Below are positions 1 through 8,855 of a DNA stretch of 27,284 nucleotides, in pieces. Source of the DNA: a virus (Duplodnaviria; Caudoviricetes); the IMG/VR virus record IMGVR_UViG_3300005512_000271, positions 1 to 27,284 of that record. The stretch is one strand, 5' to 3'. Position 1 is the first letter of the stretch; the number at the start of each line of letters is the position of its first letter. The position numbers and the translations under genes were made by a program. A model generated the notes under the pieces. It did not search any database. It had not been told where the DNA came from and was given only the letters and a program-made list of their open reading frames with translations.

Positions 1-44
1 AACTAAAAAGGCAGGGATTTTTGCGTTCAAAATTTAAGGAACCC

Positions 45-140
45 ATGCCCAACCCGATGAAATTCCGACCCTGCCCAACATGTCCAGCACCGAAGGTCTG
101 CAGCAAGTTGGGACGATGTATCAAACAACAAAGGAAATGA
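45..140 (+). CDS. 31-aa Cys-rich microprotein (MPNPMKFRPCPTCPAPKVCSKLGRCIKQQRK)
   Basis: Not in the ORF track. RBS TAAGGA at 35-40, ATG at 45, stop overlaps the next start (ATGA 137-140). CxxCPxPxxCxxxGxC pattern. Confidence 0.65.
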   Translation: MPNPMKFRPCPTCPAPKVCSKLGRCIKQQRK

Positions 141-382
141 TGACAGATCCAATCATCACCGTTGGTGATCAAGCAAAGAAGATCTTGCAGGAAGATGCAG
201 TCCGTCAGGCATTTGACGACTTGAAGACGAATCTGGTCCAGCAATGGATTTCCGGTAAGAGTCCTGACGAACGGGAATCCTGTTGGAATGCCTACCATGC
301 CGTTGTGAATTTGCACAATGAGTTAAGTGCCCAGGTCCAGCGATCGATTCGCAGGAAGAAACAAACCAAAACAGAGGAGTGA
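137..382 (+). CDS. Conserved small head-module protein preceding the scaffold gene
   Basis: The ORF-track start at 80 overlaps the microprotein; ATG 137/140 has AAGGA upstream. The AKKILQED..QAFDDL...QQW...ERE.CW pattern is typical of the portal-scaffold spacer gene in such podoviruses. Confidence 0.75.
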   Translation: MMTDPIITVGDQAKKILQEDAVRQAFDDLKTNLVQQWISGKSPDERESCWNAYHAVVNLHNELSAQVQRSIRRKKQTKTEE

Positions 383-387
383 TTTAG

Positions 388-1362
388 ATGAGTGAACTTG
401 CAGACTCCGTCCATGTCCCTGTGACAGATGGAACACCTGAAACTCAAGATGACAGCAGCATTGCCGATAAGTTTGATGACTTAATGGGGACGAAACCCCC
501 AGAGGAAGAGTTTGATGAAACTGATGAACCGATAGATGAAGATGAAGATGTACAAGAAGAAGAAGAAGAAGAAGTAGAGGCAGCACCAGATTTGTACAAG
601 GTGATCATTGACGGAGAGGAGGTCGAGGTCAGTCTCGATGAGCTGCAGAAGGGGTACAGCAGACAGTCCGATTATACTCGCAAGACCCAGCAGTTGGCCC
701 AGCAACGCAAAGAGGCCGAGGCACTGCAGCAGGACTATGCTCAGAGGGTTCAGCACCTCAATCAGTTTGCTCAGAATCTACAGCAGCAACCGGACATCCC
801 AGAACCCCAGTGGACTGCAGATCCGCAAGCCTGGGAACGTCTGCGACATGAAGATCCAGTCCAGTTTGTGCTGGAGAAGGATGCTGCCAGAGACAGACAA
901 CTGGCGAGACAGGAACGCCAACAACAGATGCAGTACCTCCAGAGTGAACAGCAGCAGTTACAACAACAGCAGTTTGCCCAACATCTGGAAACCGAACGAC
1001 AAAACCTGTTGGAGTTGATTCCAGCATGGACGGACAAAGAGACCGCAAAGACCGAGAAGGCCGAGATCCGCAAGTTTGCTCAAGAGAAATTTGGGTTGAC
1101 CGATTCTGATTTGAGCCAAGCCTACGACTCCCGCCTTGTCGCAATTTTGTACTCAGCATGGCAAGCGAACAAGACAACCTCGCAAGCCAAGCAACAGTTG
1201 AAGAAACCCCAAGAATCGACAGTCAAGACTGCACCGACAAGGGGTCGTAATTTTGTTCCAACGGATCAGAACGCATCACGACTCAAGAAGTCAATGCAGA
1301 CTCTGAAGAAGACCGGAAGAACCCAAGATGCAGTGGCAGTCTTTGACGCATTATTGCGTTGA
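388..1362 (+). CDS. Capsid scaffolding protein
   Basis: Acidic N-terminus, motif YKVIIDGEEVEVSLDELQKGYSRQSDYTRKTQ, Gln-rich coiled coil, C-terminal LKKTGRTQDAVAVF. RBS GAGGAG. Lies directly before the capsid gene. Confidence 0.88.
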   Translation: MSELADSVHVPVTDGTPETQDDSSIADKFDDLMGTKPPEEEFDETDEPIDEDEDVQEEEEEEVEAAPDLYKVIIDGEEVEVSLDELQKGYSRQSDYTRKTQQLAQQRKEAEALQQDYAQRVQHLNQFAQNLQQQPDIPEPQWTADPQAWERLRHEDPVQFVLEKDAARDRQLARQERQQQMQYLQSEQQQLQQQQFAQHLETERQNLLELIPAWTDKETAKTEKAEIRKFAQEKFGLTDSDLSQAYDSRLVAILYSAWQANKTTSQAKQQLKKPQESTVKTAPTRGRNFVPTDQNASRLKKSMQTLKKTGRTQDAVAVFDALLR

Positions 1363-1423
1363 ACCTGCAAAATTTTTTGCCCAATATGGGTAATCCAAAT
1401 AATTTAAATTAAACAAGGTAACT

Positions 1424-2413
1424 ATGGCAATTGTTACGAACGCATCAACCTCCTACAACATCAAGGCTAGTGGTGTCGAGGAAGATGTAATTGACATCAA
1501 GGATTTCGTAATCGACATCACTCCTACAGACACCCCCTTTATGACAGCAGTAGGGACCCGCAATGTCTCCAATACAGTCTTTGACTGGATTGTGGATTCT
1601 CTGAGCGCAGTTTCTACCACACCAACGATTGAAGGCGAGACGATCAGTGCATCTGCTGCATCTCTCAGCACCAGAAAGACGAACATCGTGCAAATCATGC
1701 ACAGGGCAGTGGCAGTGACCCAGACCCAGGCCAAGATGAAATTGTACGGGAAAAACAGTCAGATGGCTTATCAGATGACACGCAGAACCAAGGAACTCAA
1801 ACGATCCTTGGAAGCAGCATTGTTGTCAAATCAAGCCCGCAAGGATGACGACACAAGTAGTGCTCGAACCTCTGCAATGATCCTGTCTTGGATGGACACC
1901 AACACCTCGGTTGGAACTGGTGGAACCACAGACGGTGCAGATGCAGTTACCCCTGGAAGCACTGGAGCAAATGGACTGAGAACGGATGCTTCTTCTGATG
2001 CACAACGGGATCTGACTTCTGCTTTGATCAATACCGTCATGCAGTCCTGCTACGAAAATGGTGGCGAACCGTCGATGCTGATGGTTGGTCCCTTCAACAA
2101 GACCCAGGTCTCTACGTTGGACGGGCGAAGTCAAGCACGGCAGATGATTGACGCAAATTCCGCAGGCGCAAACGTGACCCTGTTCATGTCTGACTTTGGT
2201 GATTTGTCTGTGCGTACAAACAGATTCCAGCGTGAGCGTGATGCGTTTCTGATCGACCCTGAGTATTGGAAAGTGGCCTATCTCCGCAATTTCCAGGTTC
2301 ATTCGTTGGGCCGCAAGGGAGATGCTGAAGAAAAATACGTCGTTGTCGAGGCAGGACTTGAGTCATCTCAGGAAGCAGCAAGCGGACTGATTGCAGACCT
2401 AACCACCTCCTAA
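1424..2413 (+). CDS. Major capsid protein (DUF5309/SU10-type, HK97 fold)
   Basis: ITPTDTPFMTAVG, VFDWIVDSL, NIVQIM, KELKRSLEAALL, FMSDFGDL, LGRKGDAE motifs. 329 aa, follows the scaffold gene. Confidence 0.9.
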   Translation: MAIVTNASTSYNIKASGVEEDVIDIKDFVIDITPTDTPFMTAVGTRNVSNTVFDWIVDSLSAVSTTPTIEGETISASAASLSTRKTNIVQIMHRAVAVTQTQAKMKLYGKNSQMAYQMTRRTKELKRSLEAALLSNQARKDDDTSSARTSAMILSWMDTNTSVGTGGTTDGADAVTPGSTGANGLRTDASSDAQRDLTSALINTVMQSCYENGGEPSMLMVGPFNKTQVSTLDGRSQARQMIDANSAGANVTLFMSDFGDLSVRTNRFQRERDAFLIDPEYWKVAYLRNFQVHSLGRKGDAEEKYVVVEAGLESSQEAASGLIADLTTS

Positions 2414-2436
2414 CCAATAAACTGAAGAGAACTGGA

Positions 2437-2763
2437 ATGGAATCAAAAGCAATACTGGATCATCGAGGGGATGTCCTCACACAGTTTCATGCCGATGAGG
2501 ATCATGCTGGTAATCTTCAGTTACGAACCACCGTCTCGCAGAACATTGATCCGACATTGAAGTTGGTCAAGGAACTGCGGGACAACCAACACCTCGACCC
2601 GTTTGCCAACAAACAGTCTGGCTGGAAACGAGTCGCAGAGATCCCTGTGGTTCTATGGGACCAGTTGGAAAGACAGGGAATTACCAGAGACAAGAAAAAA
2701 CTGAAGGCATGGCTGAACGATTTTCATAATAAACCGTTCCGAGTCTGGGAAGGTCATCTATGA
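2437..2763 (+). CDS. Conserved hypothetical virion-module protein
   Basis: RVAEIPVVLWDQL...KAWLNDFHNKPFRVWEG, a pattern common after the capsid gene in this phage type. ATGA overlap with the next gene. Confidence 0.75.
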   Translation: MESKAILDHRGDVLTQFHADEDHAGNLQLRTTVSQNIDPTLKLVKELRDNQHLDPFANKQSGWKRVAEIPVVLWDQLERQGITRDKKKLKAWLNDFHNKPFRVWEGHL

Positions 2764-3380
2764 CGTTCGATGAGTTAAAATCCAACATCGCAGACTGGTT
2801 GAACCGAACAGATCTGACCTCGGTCATCCCCACCTTCATCACCTTGGCGGAAGCACGACTGAACCGTCAGTTGCGGACGACCAACCAGTACACCCGTGCA
2901 GACATTAGTACGTCTGATCAGTACCTATCCATGCCCTCCGACTTCCTAGAGATGAGGCACATCCGCATGACTTCCCCCAAAGAGAGGGACCTGGTGGAGA
3001 TTGCAGCTCACGCGATCAATGAGTATACGGACACCAATTTCATCGCAGGACTGGCAGACTCGTATCCCAGATATTTTGTGTATGGCAATGCTTTGCGGAT
3101 CATCCCCACCCCTGCTGAGTCGATCAACTACGAGATGTTTTACTACGCAAAGATCCCCGCACTGTCCTCAACCAACACAACCAACTGGGTCTCAACGAGT
3201 CACCCAGACGCATATTTGTACTATTCATTGATGCAGGCATCTCCATATCTCGGAGAGGATGAGAGAATCACGATCTGGCAAGCCCAAGCAGAACGTGCCG
3301 TTGCGGAGATCCAAGCATCAGATGACCGAAGGAGAACGAAGGGCAGCAGGCACTCTCTGAACTTCCAGGCCATGAGTTAA
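2760..3380 (+). CDS. Head-tail adaptor / tail tubular protein A-like
   Basis: MTFDELKSNIADWLNRTDLTSVIPTFITLAEARLNRQLR and TNWVSTSHPDAYLY motifs; position after the capsid gene. Confidence 0.8.
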   Translation: MTFDELKSNIADWLNRTDLTSVIPTFITLAEARLNRQLRTTNQYTRADISTSDQYLSMPSDFLEMRHIRMTSPKERDLVEIAAHAINEYTDTNFIAGLADSYPRYFVYGNALRIIPTPAESINYEMFYYAKIPALSSTNTTNWVSTSHPDAYLYYSLMQASPYLGEDERITIWQAQAERAVAEIQASDDRRRTKGSRHSLNFQAMS

Positions 3381-3383
3381 GCG

Positions 3384-3566
3384 ATGGCAACCAAGAAGAC
3401 GATCTACGGACTCAAAGCCTACGGAAAAGGGAACTATGTGCGAGAAGTGAGTTACGAGACACAGACTCCACCAACTGCAAATTGGACAGATCGACCTGAT
3501 TTGAATGAAGACTTTTGGGTGAAACGAACCCCTAGCGAGAAGGCATGGAATGGCACTAACGGATAG
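3384..3566 (+). CDS. Small hypothetical virion protein (YGxxxYGxGxY motif)
   Basis: 60-aa ORF tightly packed in the operon. Confidence 0.6.
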   Translation: MATKKTIYGLKAYGKGNYVREVSYETQTPPTANWTDRPDLNEDFWVKRTPSEKAWNGTNG

Positions 3567-4008
3567 TCCTCCAACAACGACCAACTACAGCATCACCCTC
3601 CCAGAAGTCGGTAGGGACCGAAATTCTTGGGGTGGCATTCTGAACTCTGCTCTCCAAGACCTGGAGGATGAGATCTATTCGGTGGATACCGTTTTCGGAG
3701 AGGTTTCTGATTCAGTAACCCCGTCGCTTGCCTACAAACTTGATCAGGCGGACACAAATGCCAGCACCGCACTGACGAACTCGAACACGGCAGTCGCAGT
3801 CGCAACAAAAATGGTCAACGCTTCCCTGGTTGGATTGCTTTCGGATCTCGACACACTGGAGACGGACCTAGCCAGTGCCGAAGCACAACTTGCGGCATCT
3901 GCGGCAGAACTGCAGACCCTGCAGGAAACTGCAGATGAGGCGTTGGTCGAAGCACAGGCCGCCAAAACAGCAGCACTCGCAGCACTTGCGGCTTGGAGTG
4001 GATCGTAA
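3550..4008 (+). CDS. Short fibre-like protein: N-terminal tail-anchor motif plus coiled coil
   Basis: TTNYSITLPEVG...WGGILN anchor motif; Ala/Leu heptad-rich C-terminus. Confidence 0.7.
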   Translation: MALTDSPPTTTNYSITLPEVGRDRNSWGGILNSALQDLEDEIYSVDTVFGEVSDSVTPSLAYKLDQADTNASTALTNSNTAVAVATKMVNASLVGLLSDLDTLETDLASAEAQLAASAAELQTLQETADEALVEAQAAKTAALAALAAWSGS

Positions 4009-5006
4009 TGCCAAGCAGTTCAACCAACTATAGTTATGACATCCCCACGGTTGGGAGCGACAGTACAACCTACGGAACGATCATCAACCAGTTTGTCGAG
4101 AGTCTGAGTGCAAAACTCAAAACGGTATCAGACAAGATCAACACTGCTGGCGTTGGTGCGAGTTCCACGCTGGCCCAGGTAAATAGAAACATCGCACAAG
4201 TTGATGCGATTAATTCCCGAATTCCCGTTGGAGTCGCAGACCTCCTGCCTGATCCGTACAGTGGCGCGACAACACCCGTCAGCACTTGGCCTTATCTCAA
4301 TACGGAACTGCAGGCCGAAGGATTTTCCCCTCCCACGACTGCCCAGGAGGTACTGGATTTTGATTACAGTGGATTCGCCACTTACCTCAACACTCGGTTT
4401 GATTCCCTGTCCGCGAGAATTGTGGGTCTGGATGCGCCAATCACGATTGCAGACTCATCCAAACTGATCTGTGAAACCAATGCCATTCTCGATGCAATTG
4501 GGACCTATAAGACGGTGACTCGGACGCAGGAGGTAAAAACGCAAACGATTGAATCGTTAGGGGAATACTGGGTGATTTTTAGTGGATTTTGGTCTGACAA
4601 CATTGCTTGGAGTCCAGGGACTGTGCTGGGACAGTATCCCAACAGTTTTTCTGGATTGAGGACAAAACTGGGAGGTGGGAACCCTGTCACGGTAACTGCG
4701 ACGAACATACGGGCACAGGTAGCTGCAGGAGACACCGTCGATGCTGGATATTATCTGAATACCAGTGCAGTCAGTGAACCTGTGATTCTGAATTTTGGTG
4801 CAGAAGGGACATATCATCAGTTCCTAGATGGAAACCACGCAATTATGGGGGATCTGACGGGTTCCAGCCTTGGATTGAATTATGTGAATAATGAATATTC
4901 TGGAGTAATTGAATTCGTCAAGGTCGTGAAGACGAACACGGTGACTGAAGTAAGCACCCAGGAGAAGATCACGATTGACGATGTAGATCTATCAGGATGT
5001 AGCTAA
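4008..5006 (+). CDS. Tail fibre/spike protein 2
   Basis: Start moved to ATG 4008 (TAATG overlap, GGAG upstream). STNYSYDIPTVG...YGTIIN anchor motif; beta-rich C-terminal domain. Confidence 0.7.
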   Translation: MPSSSTNYSYDIPTVGSDSTTYGTIINQFVESLSAKLKTVSDKINTAGVGASSTLAQVNRNIAQVDAINSRIPVGVADLLPDPYSGATTPVSTWPYLNTELQAEGFSPPTTAQEVLDFDYSGFATYLNTRFDSLSARIVGLDAPITIADSSKLICETNAILDAIGTYKTVTRTQEVKTQTIESLGEYWVIFSGFWSDNIAWSPGTVLGQYPNSFSGLRTKLGGGNPVTVTATNIRAQVAAGDTVDAGYYLNTSAVSEPVILNFGAEGTYHQFLDGNHAIMGDLTGSSLGLNYVNNEYSGVIEFVKVVKTNTVTEVSTQEKITIDDVDLSGCS

Positions 5007-6730
5007 TGTCAGACTTCACGACAACCACCAATTTTGCTCTGAAAAAACCGACAGTTGGTCAAGCAGTCGATCTCTGGGGAACCTACATCAACAGTAATTT
5101 TGATGAGATCGATTCTCAACTGCAGACCCTCACGGTCTCAATTCAGACACCGGATCTGGAAGGGTTGGGGAATGTTCTCAACACAACCCCCAGCACAAAT
5201 GATTTCCTCCGATTCAATGGGGAGAGTTGGGCTGCAGCAACGGTCTCAATCCCTACTAGCGTCGATGATCTGAGTGATGTTGATACCTCAACCACTGCAC
5301 CAAGCACAGGTCAGGCATTGGTCTGGTCAGGGTCCAAGTGGTCCCCCAGCACACCGAGTGCTGCAACGATCTCAGATGGGAGCATCACCAGTGCAAAACT
5401 CAACACGGGACTGCAGGCCCAGATCGGGAGAATCCTGGTCACTGATGACGACGATACGCCAACGAATGGGCAAATCCTCCAATACAATACGACTGACTCA
5501 GAGTGGAAATACGTAGATCTGCCAGGCTCAACACTTGTCACATTGGGAGATGTGGACAGTGCAGCACTCGCAGACAATGCACTGCTGGTCTATAACTCCT
5601 CGGCTGGAGAGTTCCAGTTTGAAAGTGGATCGACCCTCCGCACGACCTTGGGTGTCGATTCGGCAGGAACAGATAACAGTACCGACATTTCAATCTCCTC
5701 CTCAACCAGTTACGACTACATCACACTTTCCGCAGGTCAGGTCCTGACGATCAATCAGGTCAATCTTGGGACTGATGTGACAGGGACTCTGCCAGTGGCT
5801 CAAGGCGGGACCGGAGGAACAACAGCAAGTGCTGCGAGAACGAATCTCCTCCCCAGTCTGATAGGGAACGGGTCCAAGCTGGTTGCAGTCAACTCTGGGG
5901 CAACAGACATCGAGTACATTGCAACCAGTACCCTCTCCATCACCGAGTCGCAGATCAGTGATCTGCAATCTTACCTGACTGCAGAGACAAATGATCTGAG
6001 TGCTGCAGTCACCTGGGCAAACGTCCCAGACACAAACATCACCCAATCTTCCGTAACTCAGCACCAGGCTGCGCTCTCCATCACCGAGTCGCAGATCTCA
6101 GACCTCCAGACCTACCTGACTGCCTCCTCTACAGCCACCCTGACGAACAAGTCTGGCGACATCAGTCAGTGGACAAATGATGCTGGCTATCTCACAGCAG
6201 AAACAAATGATCTGACCAACGTCTCAGGGACCCTCGGGACAGGCAATGGAGGTACGGGCCTAACTGCAATCGGCAGTGCAAACCAGGTCTTGGCAGTAAA
6301 TGCGGGAGCGACTGCTCTGGAGTTCCAAACCCTTGCCACGGGTGGAACGGTCACCTCGGTTGCCGTAAGTGGATCAGATGGGATCGAGGTAGATAGTGGT
6401 TCGCCAGTCACTTCATCTGGCACGATTACTCTGGGGATTAACGCAACGTCTTTGAGCACTCATCTTGGTCTTGGCACTGCAGCAACGACAGCAGCAACGG
6501 ATTATGCTACCTCAGCTCAGGGTGCTACCGCAGATACTGCCTTACAAGACATCGAACACGCAAACAGTATTAGTGACAGCATCACCGTAGCATCCGGTAA
6601 TAATCGACTGTATATCGGAGACACCACGTTCAGTGGGACTTTAACTGTAGCAGGTAAAATGGTGATTTTAGACGGTCCTATCAATTTGACAGGTACGGCA
6701 ACCATAACAGGAACTCTTAGCGTAAGGTAA
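5006..6730 (+). CDS. Long tail fibre protein
   Basis: TTNFALKKPTVG...WGTYIN anchor; four LxDV...GQxLxW/Y repeats; GTLxxxxGGTG motifs; Thr/Ser/Gly rich. Confidence 0.85.
   Translation: MSDFTTTTNFALKKPTVGQAVDLWGTYINSNFDEIDSQLQTLTVSIQTPDLEGLGNVLNTTPSTNDFLRFNGESWAAATVSIPTSVDDLSDVDTSTTAPSTGQALVWSGSKWSPSTPSAATISDGSITSAKLNTGLQAQIGRILVTDDDDTPTNGQILQYNTTDSEWKYVDLPGSTLVTLGDVDSAALADNALLVYNSSAGEFQFESGSTLRTTLGVDSAGTDNSTDISISSSTSYDYITLSAGQVLTINQVNLGTDVTGTLPVAQGGTGGTTASAARTNLLPSLIGNGSKLVAVNSGATDIEYIATSTLSITESQISDLQSYLTAETNDLSAAVTWANVPDTNITQSSVTQHQAALSITESQISDLQTYLTASSTATLTNKSGDISQWTNDAGYLTAETNDLTNVSGTLGTGNGGTGLTAIGSANQVLAVNAGATALEFQTLATGGTVTSVAVSGSDGIEVDSGSPVTSSGTITLGINATSLSTHLGLGTAATTAATDYATSAQGATADTALQDIEHANSISDSITVASGNNRLYIGDTTFSGTLTVAGKMVILDGPINLTGTATITGTLSVR
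5932..6206 (+). repeat. Intragenic fibre repeats (LSITESQISDLQxYLTA twice; YLTAETNDL twice)
   Basis: ctctccatcaccgagtcgcagatc at about 5932 and 6074; gcagagacaaatgatctg and gcagaaacaaatgatctg at about 5981 and 6197. Confidence 0.8.
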
Positions 6731-6732
6731 TT

Positions 6733-7371
6733 ATGGCAGGAGAGATACAACTAAACAGTACAACGTTGGCAACGGAGTCTTCTGGGACAATCACACTATC
6801 AAATGTGGACAGTGCTACCAACCGGACAAATCTTGGGCTTGGTTCTATCGCTACACAAGCGGCAGACAGTGTTTCCATTAGTGGTGGTAACATTACTGGT
6901 GGCACGATTGGGAGTGGTGTTGTATTCCCTGCTGGTCACATACTGCAAAGTAAGTCTACGACATCAAGATATCTTGGAATCTTTACTAGTAACACACCTG
7001 CTATTGTAAGCGGATTTAATCAGCAGATTACTGTTGCAAGTAGTAATTCTAAAATGCTTGTTTTTATATTTTTAGCTGGAGCAGGTAAAGACGGCAGCAG
7101 CAGTGGCTTAATGGTTGACATTACAGAATCGACTACATCCTTGAACGAAACATTATCAACATCAATAGGCTTTTCGAATGATACGTCATATATGACTGTC
7201 GATTCAACATTATTTTTTGAACACACCCATAATCAAACTGCTGGAACATCACTGACTTACACACCTAAGTTTTCCAGTTACAATAATAGTGGCGCAGCCT
7301 TTATAAACAACTATACTTCAGAAGATGGAGATTCTTATAGCTACATTTTGGTTCAGGAGTTAATGGTATGA
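6733..7371 (+). CDS. Tail fibre tip / receptor-binding module
   Basis: ATNRTNLGLGSIATQ and GVVFPAGHILQ fibre motifs, beta-sandwich-like C-terminus; AT-rich relative to neighbours. Confidence 0.7.
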   Translation: MAGEIQLNSTTLATESSGTITLSNVDSATNRTNLGLGSIATQAADSVSISGGNITGGTIGSGVVFPAGHILQSKSTTSRYLGIFTSNTPAIVSGFNQQITVASSNSKMLVFIFLAGAGKDGSSSGLMVDITESTTSLNETLSTSIGFSNDTSYMTVDSTLFFEHTHNQTAGTSLTYTPKFSSYNNSGAAFINNYTSEDGDSYSYILVQELMV

Positions 7372-7724
7372 TATTAAAAAAGGATGCAATACATTCACTT
7401 TGCCCATCTGCCGGATTTTCGTTAAGCCCAAATGGAGAGATTATTGATTGGCATAATGCAGAAATTGCAAAGCCAACAGAAGAAGCAATCCAAGCAAAAA
7501 TCGCAGAACTTACTGCAGCAGAACCAATGCGACTCCTAAGAATAGAGCGTAACCAACTCTTGACTGAAACCGATTGGCGAACGCTGCCCGACTACCCAGG
7601 CTCTAATCAAACGGAGTGGCAGACCTACAGACAGGATCTTAGGGATATCACAACCCAATCACCAGCATTAGATGAAAACGGCAACCTGACGGGCATAACG
7701 TGGCCCACACCTCCTAACGATTAA
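7368..7724 (+). CDS. Tail fibre assembly chaperone
   Basis: LRIERNQLLTETDW...WQTYRQDLRDIT...ITWPTPP signature; follows the fibre genes. Confidence 0.85.
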   Translation: MILKKDAIHSLCPSAGFSLSPNGEIIDWHNAEIAKPTEEAIQAKIAELTAAEPMRLLRIERNQLLTETDWRTLPDYPGSNQTEWQTYRQDLRDITTQSPALDENGNLTGITWPTPPND

Positions 7725-7736
7725 TAAGGCCGAGCA

Positions 7737-8009
7737 ATGCCAGAGAACTTTGTAGCAGTATTGACAGATTTAGGTGGGACGATGGCTTCTCTGGCCTTTG
7801 CAGGGTATCTCATTGTGTACTTGCTCAAAGGGTTTGCAGAAGAGAGAAAAATCCATTTAGACAAAGATTCCCGTAACGATGATGAACTGCGATCTTTAAT
7901 GAGAGAATCAAACTCAGCTTTGATTAGTACAATGCGTGAAACCAACACGATTCTATCGGAAATGCGAGTCGCAATATCGGAACTCAAAGAAACGATTCAT
8001 AACAGATGA
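7737..8009 (+). CDS. Putative holin (one TM helix plus coiled coil)
   Basis: Hydrophobic segment LGGTMASLAFAGYLIVYLL followed by a charged helical tail; upstream of the endolysin. Confidence 0.5.
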   Translation: MPENFVAVLTDLGGTMASLAFAGYLIVYLLKGFAEERKIHLDKDSRNDDELRSLMRESNSALISTMRETNTILSEMRVAISELKETIHNR

Positions 8010-8311
8010 AACTCCTGCTTCCTCTGTTGCTTCTCAGTACGTCAGCAGTGGCAACTGAACTTGATTACAAAACCCACTTCATTTTCACCTGGACAAGCAG
8101 TTGCGTCCAGCGAATCCTGCCAGATTACCAAAGACAAGGAATGCCGTATTTGTTTGCCGTCAGCATGGCAAGCCAGGGGTGTGGATGTGTCATCGATGAG
8201 TTCCGAAAGCACCACACCCAAGACGAGGTGCTGGGGTTCAGTGACGAGGAGAGGATGGAGAGATCCATGTACTACACACGAATCTGTGCAGGTGAAATCC
8301 AGGAGATGTGA
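8006..8311 (+). CDS. Secreted Cys-containing hypothetical protein
   Basis: Signal peptide MKLLLPLLLLSTSAVA; four Cys (SSC, GCGC, RIC). Confidence 0.7.
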   Translation: MKLLLPLLLLSTSAVATELDYKTHFIFTWTSSCVQRILPDYQRQGMPYLFAVSMASQGCGCVIDEFRKHHTQDEVLGFSDEERMERSMYYTRICAGEIQEM

Positions 8312-8703
8312 TGTCGGTTAGTGAATCAAAGAATTTTAGTCGTGATGAGCTGAAGTGCTCCTTCAGCGGGGAGTGCGAGATCGAAGAAGATGCACTAGAC
8401 AGACTGCAGGCACTGCGGGACGAGTGGGGCAAACCCATCAAACTGTCCTCTGCATTTAGAAGTTCTTCCCATCCACGTGAGAGATTAAAACCAAACGGCC
8501 CAGGATACCATCACGGGAAAAACGGTAATGGAGGGCAGGCATTCGACTGTCTGATTGCTGGTGAGGATGTTGTCCCGTTTATCGCTCTTGCCATTAAACA
8601 CGGATTCAAAGGGATTGGAGTCTGTCAGTCTCCTAAAACTGAATGGAATCAGAGGTTTATCCATATTGATACCAGAGACAAATACGCTTGTTGGAGTTAC
8701 TAA
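8308..8703 (+). CDS. Endolysin, peptidase M15A family
   Basis: NFSRDELKC, LQALRDEWGKPIKLSSAFR, H...GQAFD, GFKGIGV, FIHIDTR motifs. Confidence 0.88.
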   Translation: MMSVSESKNFSRDELKCSFSGECEIEEDALDRLQALRDEWGKPIKLSSAFRSSSHPRERLKPNGPGYHHGKNGNGGQAFDCLIAGEDVVPFIALAIKHGFKGIGVCQSPKTEWNQRFIHIDTRDKYACWSY

Positions 8704-8855
8704 TGGAATTCATGGAACTGCTGAACTCAGCGATTGAGTCAGGTGGGGTAGAACTGGTCTTGACTGCAATTGGATTACCGATGGCAGCAGCAGGGGTCGG
8801 AGTCTACCGCAAGGTTCGCAAAGCCAAACAACTGAAAGAGAAAATCATTGGCTAA
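8703..8855 (+). CDS. 50-aa membrane protein, possible lysis accessory
   Basis: Not in the ORF track. TAATG coupling. MEFMELLNSAIESGGVELVLTAIGLPMAAAGVGVYRKVRKAKQLKEKIIG has one hydrophobic helix and a basic tail. Confidence 0.65.
   Translation: MEFMELLNSAIESGGVELVLTAIGLPMAAAGVGVYRKVRKAKQLKEKIIG

Noticed and set aside
553-575. (GAA)n microsatellite
   Set aside because: It encodes the poly-Glu tract of the scaffold's acidic region.
5932-6206. DGR template/variable repeat pair in the fibre gene
   Set aside because: The repeats are in-frame, mostly synonymous and not adenine-specific, and there is no reverse transcriptase in the window.
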